Origin: Callorhinchus milii
Taxonomy: Eukaryota
Assembly (NCBI RefSeq): GCF_018977255.1
Contig: NW_024704743.1
Coordinates: forward strand, 103,914,001-103,978,000
Direction: 5' to 3'
DNA length: 64,000 nucleotides
In this document: one piece after another, positions 1-11,030 of the stretch
Numbering within the stretch: the stretch's first letter is position 1
Layout: each line of letters starts with the position of its first letter
The notes under the pieces: model-generated
The model's input: only the letters and a program-made list of their open reading frames with translations
The model's database searches: none
What the model was told of the DNA's origin: nothing
Position numbers and translations under genes: made by a program

Positions 1-114
1 GCACTCCATTAGTGTCTGCCTAGACTATATGAGTTCAAGTCTTGGTGTGGGACTTGGAATTAACAATCTTCTGACTCAGAGGCAAGAATGCTACCAACTG
101 AGCCTGGCTGACAC
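1..114 (-). mobile_element. Older tRNA-headed Deu-domain SINE (SacSINE1-like), 5' head fragment
   Basis: Minus strand reads GTGTCAGCCAGGCTCAGTTGGTAGCATTCTTGCCTCTGAGTCAGAAGATTG; the same head recurs at 1442, 3980, 9615, 11030, 17584 and 62965. Confidence 0.75.
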
Positions 115-449
115 TGGCTTCAGAGATTATGATCTTGAAATCAAGCCTTTTTACCATATTTACCTGAACTCTAAATTTTACAAGGTAATTTTTATTTGAG
201 TTTACACAAATAGGGAGAATGATGGCAAGACTGCCAGTACTCAGTTTGCCTCATGTTTTTGAAGCATGATTTAAGACACTTTATAAACAAGTAACTCAAA
301 GATCACTGCATTTAGTGATCAGTACATTACTAGACCCCATGAAGATAATAGAATCACAGAAATAACAATATAGAAGGAGGCCACTTGGCCCATCAAGCCC
401 ACACTGGTGCTAGCTACCCCACTGGAGTTACAACTTTAATAAAAATAAT

Positions 450-703
450 CATCCTTTCATTTGATATCCTTTCAAAGTGCTTCACAAGATATACTGTAAA
501 AGTGGTTTGACTGATATTTAGTGGGCGAAATGCAGCAGCCAATTTTGCAATTTTGCACACAGCCATGGTGTGAGTGACCAATTTTATTTGGGGGATTTGT
601 TGGCCAGGATACTGGGAGAAACTGCCTTCTCTTTTCAAATAGTATCATGGCATCTTTAATGTCCATCTGAATCTCGGTTTAACATATCATCCAAAAGATG
701 GGT
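450..703 (-). mobile_element. Older Deu-domain SINE, central/3' part
   Basis: Matches the other copies (gcagccaattttgc...ttggccaggatact...tctcttttcaaatagt...catggcatctttaatgtcca). Confidence 0.7.
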
Positions 704-1044
704 TAATTAATCCCAATTCCCAGTTCTTGCTCCATACCCTTTAATTCAATACAAAACAAATTTACAATTATGTAGCTCCTTTCACTTGGGAGGACCCAAA
801 ATTCTTTATATTTTATCTCCGTTTTATATTGTATCTCCTCAAATTTCCTTTAAATGTAGTCATCACATTTGAGTAATCACATTTTAGTAACAATTCATGT
901 CCTTAATGACCCTCAATGCAGACAAAAATAAAATAATGACTATGAAGATAAATAAAAAGATTAATGCTGGAGATTTTAAATAAAAACATAAAATGCTAGA
1001 AATGAATAAAAAATGAATCAGCAATTATAAACAATAATTACAAA

Positions 1045-1442
1045 CCTTCCATTTGATGTTGTATCTTTCACCTCAAGATGATGTCTCAAAGAGCTTCATG
1101 GAATTGATGCATAAAGTGTAGTCACTGCGTACTTTGTGGGCAAACATGGTAACCAATTTGTGCACAGCAATGTCCCACAAACAGCCTTGATGTTGGATGA
1201 GGGGGATTTTTTGCTACAATACGTTCTCATTTTGAATACTGTCCTGGGATCTTCGATGACCACCTGAACATTTAGATAGGACTTTAATTTAACATGTCGT
1301 TCAAAGGACAGCACCTCTATTAAATGCAGCACTCCCCTGACACTGTATTGGAGTGTCAGCCTAGATTATATGATTTCAAAGCCTGACTCCACAACCTCCT
1401 TGCTCAGAAGAGAGAGTGCTACCAACTGAGTTAGGCTGACAT
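1045..1442 (-). mobile_element. Older Deu-domain SINE, near full length, decayed
   Basis: tRNA-like head (gagtgctaccaactgagttaggctgac), Deu core (gtgcacagcaatgtcccacaaacagcc) and L2-like tail. Confidence 0.75.
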
Positions 1443-3054
1443 CTAAAGTCAGCCTTTTTGGAAAATAAAGATAGATTTATGTTCAATTGTGACCCTTGAT
1501 CAGGACTCTCTTTTTGCTCAAATGCTAATGCATTTGCAACTAACTGTACATTTGCAACATTTTCACATTTTCAATTTTAATTAATGACCGCGCTATTGAT
1601 TTCAGGGGAATACTACATCCATGGCATATATAAATACTACTGCTACTAGTCCTAATAATAATCTTTGTTTTTCATAAAACCCTTCATGTTGGGAATGACA
1701 ACAACAACAAAATGACATTTATAGAACGCCTTTCACGTCAGGTGGATGTCCCACTTCAAAGACACTTCACGGGATTTACTGTAAAGTATAATGACCGATA
1801 CTTTAGATGAATGTAGTAGACAATTTGCGGACAGCAAATTTCACAAACAGCCATAAGGTAAATGCAAGATTATGTAGGGTGCACAAGCGAAATTGGGCTA
1901 CAATTTTCGATGGGATAAAAATCAGCATTTTGATATATGCTCAAGGTATTCCTTGTTTACAACATATATTATTGATTACTTCCATCAACAGTCGGTGCTG
2001 CGTAGAATAAAAATACTATCTGTCCTAAAATTTTATGTACTGGATTCTGATACGAGGCATGTAGCTGATGTTATTCTTATCTAACATTATACTTAAGAAA
2101 GAAACTATGGTTGTTACAGAAACCTTTCACACCAAATACTGCTGTTGAAGGAACAGGTGCAAGTCACTATATTGTAAGTCAACTATTGTATCAGCAGCTG
2201 ACCTAATACTGTAGAACACAGCTAGTAACACACGAGAACATCTTTTGTGCTCACATCTCAAGGCATTCATCCTCTCTGATTTACCTTGGCAACCATTTAG
2301 AATGGGCAGTAAAATCCTTCCCCCTAATGCCAACACTGAATTAATTGACTGGAATAAAAGGTACAATTCTGGCCTGCAGCCCCTTTCTTAGTTTACGTTA
2401 TTTGTTATAGAAATTCGCATAATGCCGATTACTAAAGGTAGATTCTATTCTCATTCGTGCCCTGAAAAGTTAATGCAATCTATCTCCTCTTTAACCATTT
2501 ACTGCTTGTGCCAATAAAACATTGTTAGAGCTGCAGTGACCAATGGTTGTCATAAAAATTAGCATTTTGCAGTAAACAGCTAGGAGCTGTATCAGCTGTT
2601 AAAACCAGCATTTTCTAACAACATCAGTTATAAAGATATCCAAGTTTTGCCAGCAGAGGTCAACTTGAGGAAAGTGCAGTTTGTGTAATTACACTGTTGA
2701 CCCCCCGAGTTCCTGCCAATTAAAGAGCCAGAACCCATGGGGAGGGGAGGTCAGTGCAAGGAGGATACAAATCGTATGTTCCTGAAATTGATCTCTGCTG
2801 CGTAAACTTGAATACCTTGCTAACGGATGGTGCTCGGGAGACAGCTTATTTTATCTAGCTCCTATCTATCTATCAATTAATAAGGAAACATGTTGCGATA
2901 TCTGTTGAGCAACTCTACAAACTTTAAAAACGTTGTTCTTTCTGGAATATACAATGTTCAAAAACAACAAGCTTTGATTCTGTTATTCATAACGCACTTT
3001 GTAGAGTAGAATAATTCGTACTTTATATCAAGCAAAATACCATATTCAAAAATA

Positions 3055-3980
3055 ATCCCTGCTTTTGGTACAATACCTTAAACACTGAAGCATCTCAAAG
3101 CACTTCACAGGATTTACTTGTAGAATGTGGTGAATGTATTTGTTGGCAAATGCGGCAGTGAATTTTCACACAGCAGAAATCCACAATCAACCATGTTATC
3201 TGTGGGATTGTTGGCCAGAAGAAACTCTCTTTACTTTTTGAATCATACCAAGGGAGCTTTAATATTCACCTGAACAGGCAGACTGGACCTCTGTTTAACA
3301 TCTCATCTGACAATGCATCACAGCATTGGCAATGGAATGTCGGAATCGAGCCCTCTGTGGTGGTCTCGGTAGTCTGGTTCCTGAGTCAGGCCGGTCCGCA
3401 GTATTCCAGGCACTGCTGATGACAGCACAGCCAGCCTGGCATGTCGGCAGGACCTGGAAGGGCAGACCAGTCACTGGGGGCAGAGAGTCATCCCACTCAG
3501 CTCCTCTTAAACCTGCAAGCCAAAGCCCTAACGGTAGGGTGGTCCTAGCTGGACAAGCAGCGGGAAAGATTGCCGGACAACAATATCAATGGCAAGCTAT
3601 GCGGTTTTAGCTGGTTAGACTCCAGCAGAACCCCAATGCACACTCTGGGGTCTTCAAGCCTTGGCTCTTGCCAACCTGCGCCTAATACTTTCTGGAATTA
3701 GGTAAGCAGGATATATCCCTCCAGGGAGTGTGTGCATTCCATTCCAACAATCTAGCTCTGGGATTTCCATGTGTAGCTGGGATGCATGGAAATCTCAGCT
3801 TAGTTTGGGTACTCTTGAGCATGGTGATGGGTTTCCGCATATGTCGGATACCGAGCTGAGCAAAAAAAAAGGAATGTTATCTTAGATTGTGTGAATTCAA
3901 AGTTCCAACACGTGTTGTCTTGAACCCACAATCTTCTGTCTCAGAGGCAAGAATTCAACTAACTGAGCCAGGCTAACACC
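3055..3980 (-). mobile_element. Older Deu-domain SINE split by the insertion at 3341-3870
   Basis: SINE sequence stops at ...ggaatgt (3340) and resumes ggaatgttatcttagattgtg...ctgagccaggctaacacc (3871-3980). Confidence 0.7.
3341..3870 (+). mobile_element. Unclassified ~530-bp poly(A)-tailed retroposon (family X), longest copy
   Basis: Ends gagctgagc(A)9; flanked by GGAATGT direct repeats (3334-3340, 3871-3877); homologous segments at 12099, 20106, 46605, 53195 and 56206. Confidence 0.75.
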
Positions 3981-4734
3981 TGCCTTAGAAGCTGTTAAAT
4001 TTGAGCCAAATTCTGTAGTCCACTTTTGCTTAATATAATGGTAATGATGGCTAACAGTTTCCGACTGGAGAATATGCTGATAACAAACAGAGCAAACACC
4101 TGCAACATTATCTTTCAACAGAACACGATAACATTAGTCAATTTTGAAAGGAATCAGAATGGGAGTTGATAACATTGCCAGCAATCTACTAGATGAGGAT
4201 CATTTGCACGTGAATTTGTAGCGAGATTTCATAGGAATTTAAAATCGCATTCATCTCATTAAACTATAATTAAAAAGTGGTACAGAGGGTTGCAACTGAG
4301 GATAGACATGTTGATTTCAGGAGGAGATGGCAAGTGAATCACATTAATCAAACTGACTCTCTCCTCAATTGTAGTGCACTATATGCCCATTTATTCAACG
4401 TCAATCATAACTCCGAGATGTTAGTATTTCCTGCTGCTTTTTTTAGGTTTGTCATTTTTAAAACTTTCATATAAACAAATTATTCTGCTGCTTTATACAG
4501 TTCTCACCATTGTTTATTCTAAACGCAAACTAATGTTTTACAAGATTCTATTCTCCGCAGTTAAGAGGCTGATCAAATGAAATGTTTATTTTTGTAAAAT
4601 AGCCAGTTCTCATTTCTACACTTTTAAATTATGTGCCATGAAGTAATTAGTGCCAAATGGTTTCTTGTGCTGTAAATCTATGATCTGCACTGAACTTCCT
4701 TCATGATGTATATCAAGAGCGACAGAGCAGGCAG

Positions 4735-4960
4735 TTTCTCGTGATGTCCCAGCCAACAAGCCCCCAGACAAAATTGGTCATTTACTTCATGGCTGATTGT
4801 AGGACATTGGTGTATGCAAATTGGCTGTCGGGTTTGCTACAAAATTGCCTGTCTGGTTTGACTCACAGTCACAAAAAAAGTTAACAGTAAATCACATGTA
4901 GCTCTTTGAGGCATCCTCCTAATCTGAAAGACATGATATCAAATGCAAGCATTATTATTA
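4735..4960 (+). mobile_element. Older Deu-domain SINE, 3' half
   Basis: aattggtcatttacttcatggctgattgtaggacattggtgtatgcaaattggctg ... atcaaatgcaagcattattatta tail. Confidence 0.6.
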
Positions 4961-5244
4961 TGTCTTATAAATGCATTTAATAGAGAATTTTAGATTTCAA
5001 ACATTAAGGACAGAACGCTAAATAAATATGATCAAAAACCTATCCTCATTGCAATCTACTGTGCTCTGCAGGTGCATATTGATGATCAATTTTCCCTTAA
5101 AAGTGCTATCCTTTATCTGCCAGAGTTCCAGTGCATTCGTGTGTTAAGGGTATTGTTGTTCCGTTTTAAAGCAAATCAGTTGCCTCCCTTTAGACTGTAT
5201 GAAGCAATTAGACTGTGCAATCATCATTTTTAGAATGAAAGAGT

Positions 5245-5500
5245 GTTACAGCACAGAAATAGGCCATTAAGACCCTCAACCTGGCTCTCGTGTTTTTCTC
5301 CACCTGAGCCTCCCCACATAATCCCACTCTGCTGCTTACTCCTCATGTCCTTTCATATTCATCCTCTTCAAACATTTACCCAATTCTATTTTAAAATCAT
5401 GGACTCTAATTCAACAACAACATTTTGTGGCAGGGAATTCCACATAACTATCATTCTATGTCAAAAGAAATATTTTCCAACCTTCTCTTTAATTCCTTTG
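5245..5500 (-). mobile_element. CR1-clade LINE 3' end, decayed
   Basis: Minus strand encodes KVGKYFF..RMIVMWNSL-like ORF2 end followed by a CR1-type 3' UTR (ggccatt...acagcacagaaa on +). Confidence 0.55.
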
Positions 5501-5610
5501 TGATTACCTTATTTAAATGCCAAATACGCATGTGCTTCAAACCTTCTGTTGTGAGTTTTGATATTTCAAATGCAGATGTACCTAATTGTACACGTTATAG
5601 GAATACATTT

Positions 5611-5987
5611 AGTCCTGTAGCTCAGTGGTTAGATCACTCGCCTCGCAAACGAGAGATCGGGTTCGATTCCCAGCAGGGCGAAACGTTCGGCAAGTTTCCT
5701 TACTCCACACACACTCCTCTGTTTACCAAGCAGTAAGTAGGATCCCAGTTGTTAATCGATTGGTGGATCGCTTTTCTGGGAGCAATAATTCCTTAAAAAA
5801 GAATAACAATAAAAATTGGTCATTCAATCCACGACTGTTTGTGGGACATTGCTATGTGCAATTGGCTGCTGTGTTTCGCCACAAAATATAGAATCACTAC
5901 AACTTTACAGTATATTCTGTGAAGTACTTTGAGACGTCTTAAAGATGTGGTCAGGCGCTGTCAAATGCAAGGATTATATATTATATT
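5611..5987 (+). mobile_element. Young tRNA(Ala-like) Deu SINE with L2 tail, long subtype, full length
   Basis: A box TAGCTCAGTGG, B box GGTTCGATTCC, internal TCTGTTTACCAAGCAGTAAGTAGG block, Deu core GTGGGACATTGCTATGTGCAATTGGCTGC, tail CAAATGCAAGGATTAT. Confidence 0.9.
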
Positions 5988-6266
5988 GAAGTGATTTGAG
6001 GAACACAATGAACCATTTTGTTAAATTTTTGCCTCTTCTCTCCCGTAACAGAGTTTTATCCTTTCTTGTTGCTCCTTACACATTCACACACGCTCACAGA
6101 TACATAGTTGAAAACATTCTTCATGTCCTTGGCCAGTGCTCCTCTTCAGGTTCTTCATGTTGGGTTATGGATGGAGTCAGTCAAGGTAACTTGCTCTCTA
6201 CTATTTCCTTCTGTTGTGTGACACCACTAAAATAAAATGAGCAACACCTTCCACTCCGAACTTGAA

Positions 6267-6865
6267 AACAACAACAACTTGCACTTATATAGCGCCCTCC
6301 ATGTAGGGTACATCTCAGAGTGCTTAAGAGTGGTGGAGCCTGATTCCAAGCTGGTGGCGGAGGGGTGGGGGATGTAGTCCTTAAGCACGTTCGAATGTAA
6401 GAATTCAAAATGTAAGAGGAAGGTTTTCAGACAGGACTTGAAAAAGGGGAGAATTTCGGGGCCTAGTGGCTGAAAGTGCAACCTCCGATTGTGGGGCCAA
6501 GGGTGCGAGAGATGAGCAGGAGGCGCCAGGTGGTGGATTGGAGAGTCAAGAGGTTGGAGAAATAGGGAGGTGCCAGAGAGTAAACACAAGTGTGAGGATC
6601 TTGAAGTGGATCTGTTCTGTGATGGGAGCCAGTGGAGCCTGGCCAGAACTGGTGAGATGTGAGTATGGCGTTCGGTCTGGGTCAGTATGTGGCTGGATGT
6701 TTCGAATAGTGAAGTTGGGGAGATCGGCGAGGAGTGGGGATTGAACCATCCGCCTAAATTGCGCACTGGTTTGGTGATTGTGAGGGAGCCCAAAGAGGTT
6801 GAAGAGGTCAAATCCGCAGGAGTGAAGATGTTGAAGGAAGCCATGGAGTATGAAGGAAGAATACC
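6267..6865 (-). mobile_element. L2-clade LINE 3' fragment (ORF2 C-terminus plus tail)
   Basis: Translated motifs TKPVRNLGGWFNP, HISPVLARLHWLP, IHFKILTLVF, KSCLKTFL; (TTG)n tail at 6267-6279. Confidence 0.88.
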
Positions 6866-6954
6866 TTCCTCTCCTCCATATGAGGAACTGCCTGACCACT
6901 CTCGTGACATTCTGCTAGCCTGTAATCATGAATTAATGATAGCAGAAATCAACC

Positions 6955-7195
6955 ACAACATCAACATGTATATTTATATAACACCTGTCATATGGGGAAG
7001 AGCGTGTCTCTAAAAGAACTTGACACAGTTGATTGGAAGGCCGAGAAGGTGGGGGGAGGGAAGAGAGGATGGGGGGGGAGGAAAGAATCATAAGCACTGG
7101 TGAAAGGTTAGGTCTTAAGACAGGGTTTGAGGGTGGGGAGAGAGGGGGAGAGTTGGAGGGATTCTGGGTTGAAGTTCCAGAGAACAGATGTAGAA
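6955..7195 (-). mobile_element. L2-like 3' end, decayed
   Basis: Minus strand ...ctggaact...ccctcaaaccctgtcttaagacctaacctttc (LKT-F motif) followed by a pyrimidine-rich UTR and a tatataaat/(ttg) tail. Confidence 0.55.
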
Positions 7196-7202
7196 CAGAG
7201 GT

Positions 7203-7521
7203 GGAGTCCTGTAGCTCAGTGGTTAGAGCACTCGCCTTGCAAGTGAGACACCTGGGTTTAATACCAGGCAGGGCGAAACCTTGGGGAAATTTCCTTACTC
7301 CATACACCTAATAATCCCTCCACAACAAAAAACAATAATAAATTGGTTATTTTCAATCTACGACTGTTTGTGGAATACTGCTGGGCGCAATTGGCTGCAC
7401 GTGTCGCCCACAAATATACTGTCAATTCACTTTACAGCATATTCTGAGAAGCGCTTTGAGACGACTAGAAGACGTGAAAAGCGCTATATCAAATGCAAGG
7501 ATTAGTATATTATTATTATTA
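7203..7521 (+). mobile_element. Young tRNA Deu SINE, short subtype, full length
   Basis: GGAGTCCTGTAGCTCAGTGGTTAGAGCA head; lacks the internal block of the long subtype; (TTA)n tail. Confidence 0.9.
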
Positions 7522-7632
7522 TAAATAGCTGAAATCTTGCCCATCAATAGTGGACGGAGCGGAAGGAAGACAAAAAGCTAGGCAGTGTTTCTGGACTGGA
7601 AGGGGTAGCTGGGAAGTAGGGATACAGCAAGG

Positions 7633-7808
7633 TAATAATAATAATAATTCTTGCTTTTGATATAGCGCCTTATCACGTCGTTGAGACGTCTCAAAGCGCT
7701 TCAAAGAAATATACTGTAAAGTGAATTGACTGTATATTTTGGGGGTGAAACGCGGCAGCTAATTGCGCACAGCAGTGTCCCACAAACAGTCATGGATTGA
7801 GTGACCAC
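7633..7808 (-). mobile_element. Young tRNA Deu SINE, 3' half
   Basis: (TAA)n then cttgc..tgatatagcgccttatcacgtc...gcgcacagcagtgtcccacaaacagtc. Confidence 0.85.
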
Positions 7809-8605
7809 ATTATTAAAATAAGAAGTAAAATAATCTTCAAAGCTAATGGAGGCTTTTGTTAATAACAAGAGGTGATAGATGCTCTGTTTCTTAATGGATT
7901 CAAGAATAATTAGTACTTTGAAACTGCAAGAAAAATGTAGTAGAGATAGAGCAGTGTGAGGATGTGGAGGTGAACTAAATGTGAATCATGATTTAAACTT
8001 AAACCATGCAGATTTTACAGGTTTTGGTTAAATACATCAGCTGATTAAAAAAACTTGTCAAAATACCAAATATTATCTTTTGATTCAAATGGATTTAGAA
8101 TTTCTACTCAATCAATTCTGCCATGCTGAATGTTACTTTGGATAATTCACTCAGGCAGAATAATCTATATCAAACTTGGGCTCCAAATCTACTGACAGCA
8201 GAACTGCGGCTCTCAGACTTAGCCACCTGAGCTCATTGCAGGTGTATTGTACGTGCAAATTCAACTCACAGAGGTAGTTTGGAACTGTGAGGCCTGAACA
8301 ACTGGGATCATTCTCTAATTCAGTGGATTTAAATGGGAATGAGTATCTAGACTGATGAGCTTGGGTCTTCAGGAAGCAGACAACAGACACACAGGAAAGT
8401 GATTACAGCTGCAGTTGAGATCAACACAAAGGGAACATTTTCAATCTTTTTCAAAAATTCTTTAAAATTCATATGAAGATATATATATATTTACACTTTC
8501 AACAGCAGCTATGCAGGGTCCAACATTTTGTAATTGTGGACTCATGATACAAATATTACAACTAAAATGTACTGAAAAGAGATAACTTAAAGGTAACCTT
8601 ATATG

Positions 8606-8820
8606 ACAACAACAACTTGCACTTATATAGTGCCCTCCATGCAGGGTAGCACCCCAGAGCGCTTAACAATGGGGGAGCCTGATTCCGAGCTGGGGTGCGG
8701 GGAGGTGGCCGTAAGCACGGTCGAAGAGGAAGGTTTTCAGGTGGGACTTGTAAAAGGGGAGAGTGGGGGCAAGGCAGAGAGATTGGGGGAGATTGTTCCA
8801 GAGTTTGGAGGTGGACGAGA
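8606..8820 (-). mobile_element. L2 3' end fragment (same subfamily as 6267)
   Basis: acaacaacaacttgcacttatatagtgccctccatg...gagcctgattcc...ggaaggttttcag closely matches 6267-6450. Confidence 0.8.
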
Positions 8821-8869
8821 ATTTAAATAAGATTGAAAAAAAACACAGAACAAAAATTTCAGATGCATA

Positions 8870-9095
8870 AGAGGACAGGTTTCAAGCAATTTCTGGACAG
8901 ACACCAGGAAGTATTTCTTTACCCAGAAAGTAACTAATACCTGGAACAGGTTGCTAGGAAGGGGGGTTGAGGCCTGGGTGCTGGATCCCCTTTAAAAGCA
9001 GTTTGATGTTGATGGGGGGACGGTTGGGTGGGCATTCTGCAAGAATGAAATCAAATAGACTGAAGGGTCTTCTTCATCCAAACCAATCTTGTGAA
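8870..9095 (+). mobile_element. CR1-clade LINE 3' end
   Basis: Encodes TDTRKYFFTQKVTNTWNRL; 3' UTR homologous to 55150-55390 and 59015-59240. Confidence 0.75.
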
Positions 9096-9364
9096 ATTGT
9101 GAAGGTATAAAACTTATAATGGAACCAATTCTTACAAATAATTGAGCATTTGTGGAGCAGGAATGACGAAAAAATGTGATGATGAAATAGATGTGTTTCT
9201 TGTTTCATGATGTCTATGTTCTTATGATCGATTTGACAATGTGTTGATTAACCTCTCTTTTTAAATGTCCTGATCCACACCAAAAAAAATGCTGAGAAAT
9301 TTATCATTGCTTGTCCTTTTTTGAAAAGCCAATTTTATTTATTAAATAGGACACCAAGAGAAAG

Positions 9365-9615
9365 TCACTTCTCTTTTCAAATAGTGCCATGGGATCTTTA
9401 ACGTCCATCTGAACAGGCAGCCAGGGCCTTAGTTTAACATTTCATCTGAATCCATGTTATGTATTATGGGACTCCAAGAGAGGAATGCAGTTCTCCCCCA
9501 GCAATGCATTGGAATGTCATCTTCAACTATATGAATTTCAAATCCCAACATAGGGCTTGAACCCACAACCTTCTGACTCAGAAGAGAGAGTGCAACCGAG
9601 TGAGCCAAACTGACA
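9365..9615 (-). mobile_element. Older Deu-domain SINE, 5' half
   Basis: tctcttttcaaatagtgccatgggatctttaacgtccatctgaacaggcag ... cttgaacccacaaccttctgactcag ... gagccaaactgaca. Confidence 0.75.
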
Positions 9616-9867
9616 TGACCCAGTATCCCAATAATCAATGCTCCAATGAAATAAACTATGCTTTCAGTTAGTGTTATATATTAAGGAAGCAAAAATTGAG
9701 TTCAGTACATTAGAATATTAATCACATTCTGCGTTAGGAAAACAATCCTTGCATTTAATATAGCATGCTTAATTTATTTACTGCAAAGTATATTGTTGGT
9801 TGTATTTTGTTGTAATTTGCTCATAGCATTGACCCACAAACAACCATAACGTGAATGATCAATTTTA

Positions 9868-10687
9868 CAACAACAAAATTACATTTGTATAGCGTCCTTC
9901 ATGTCGGGAAGGTGTCCCAGGGCGCTAGACAGACTGAGTTTCAGACCCGAGCTGGTAGTTGGGATCAGGGAGGGTGGAGGGCAATGGGTGAAGCAGGGTG
10001 ATCGAAAGCACGGTCAAAGTGGAGGGTCTTGAGATCTGTCTTGAAGGAGGCAAGGGAGGGGGTTATGTGGAGGGACTGCGGGATGGAATTTCATAGGGTG
10101 GAGGCAGAGCGGCAGAAGGCCTGCCCGCCAATAGTGGGGCGGGCGAGGCAGGGGACGTGAAGCAGGCCGGAGCCAGCTGAGCGGAGGGAGTGAGCAGGAT
10201 GGCCGGGAGTTAGGAAGTCACAGAGGTAGGGGGGAGCGAGACCATGGAGGGCTTTGAAGGTGAGGACCAGGATTTTGAACTGTATCCTCTGTGTGATGGG
10301 AAGCCTGTGGAATCGGGCGAGGATGGGGCTGATAGGGTCACGGAGCCTAGTGCGGGAGAGGACACGGGCTGCAGAGTTCTGGATGATCTGCAGCCTATGG
10401 AGGTAGGAGTTGGGGAAGCCGACAAGCAATGAGTTTGCATAGTCAAGCCTTGATGTGATGAAAGCATGAATGAGGGTTTCGGCGGCCTGTTGTGTGAGGC
10501 AGTGGCAGAGCCGGGCGATGTTGCAGCGGTGGAGGAAGGCAGAGCAAGCCATGGCACAGATGTGGGGTAGAAAGGATAGTTGAGGGTCAAACAAGACGCC
10601 AAGGTTCCAGACTGGCTTAGCAAGGTGGAGTGTGCTGTCAGTGCCTGAGGTGAGGAGGCACTGACAGGAGCCAATCAGGAGATTATA
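9868..10687 (-). mobile_element. L2-clade LINE, 5'-truncated, inserted in an older SINE
   Basis: ORF 10091-10696 has KPVWNLGVLFDPQLSF, ETLIHAFITSRLDYANSLL, QIIQNSAARVL, RIQFKIL; (TTG)n tail at 9868; AATTTTA TSD at 9861-9867 and 10775-10781. Confidence 0.92.
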
Positions 10688-10774
10688 CTTGGGCAAAATA
10701 TTGGAAGGCTGCCCATACCAATGGAACCTTGTGAGTCAGGAGAATATGGGACAAAGCACACCAACTATGTTTGA

Positions 10775-11030
10775 AATTTTATTAGGGGTTTGTTGGCTAG
10801 GATGCCAGGAGAAATTCCCTTCTCTTTTTTCAAATACGGTCATGGGATCTTTACCATCAGATGAGACCTCAGTTTTTATCTAAAGGATGGCACCTCCAAT
10901 ATTGCAAGACTCCCCCAACACTGCATCAGTGTGTTATCTTAGATTGTGAGTTCAATGTCCCGCCATGGGGCTTGAACCCACAAACATCTGACTCAGAGGC
11001 CAGATTGCTACCAACTGATCCAAACTGACA
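10775..11030 (-). mobile_element. Older Deu-domain SINE, 5' half (its 3' half lies at ~9743-9867)
   Basis: Continues colinearly across the L2 insertion; ends gctaccaactgatccaaactgaca. Confidence 0.7.

Noticed and set aside
3342..3400. HDV-like ribozyme at the 5' end of family X (GGAATCG/TGGTTCC helix)
   Set aside because: No convincing P3, P1.1 or P2 pairing found by eye
3416..3470. Hammerhead ribozyme in family X (CTGATGA at 3416)
   Set aside because: No GAAA partner with proper stems, and the homologous copy at ~47010 reads TTGATGT
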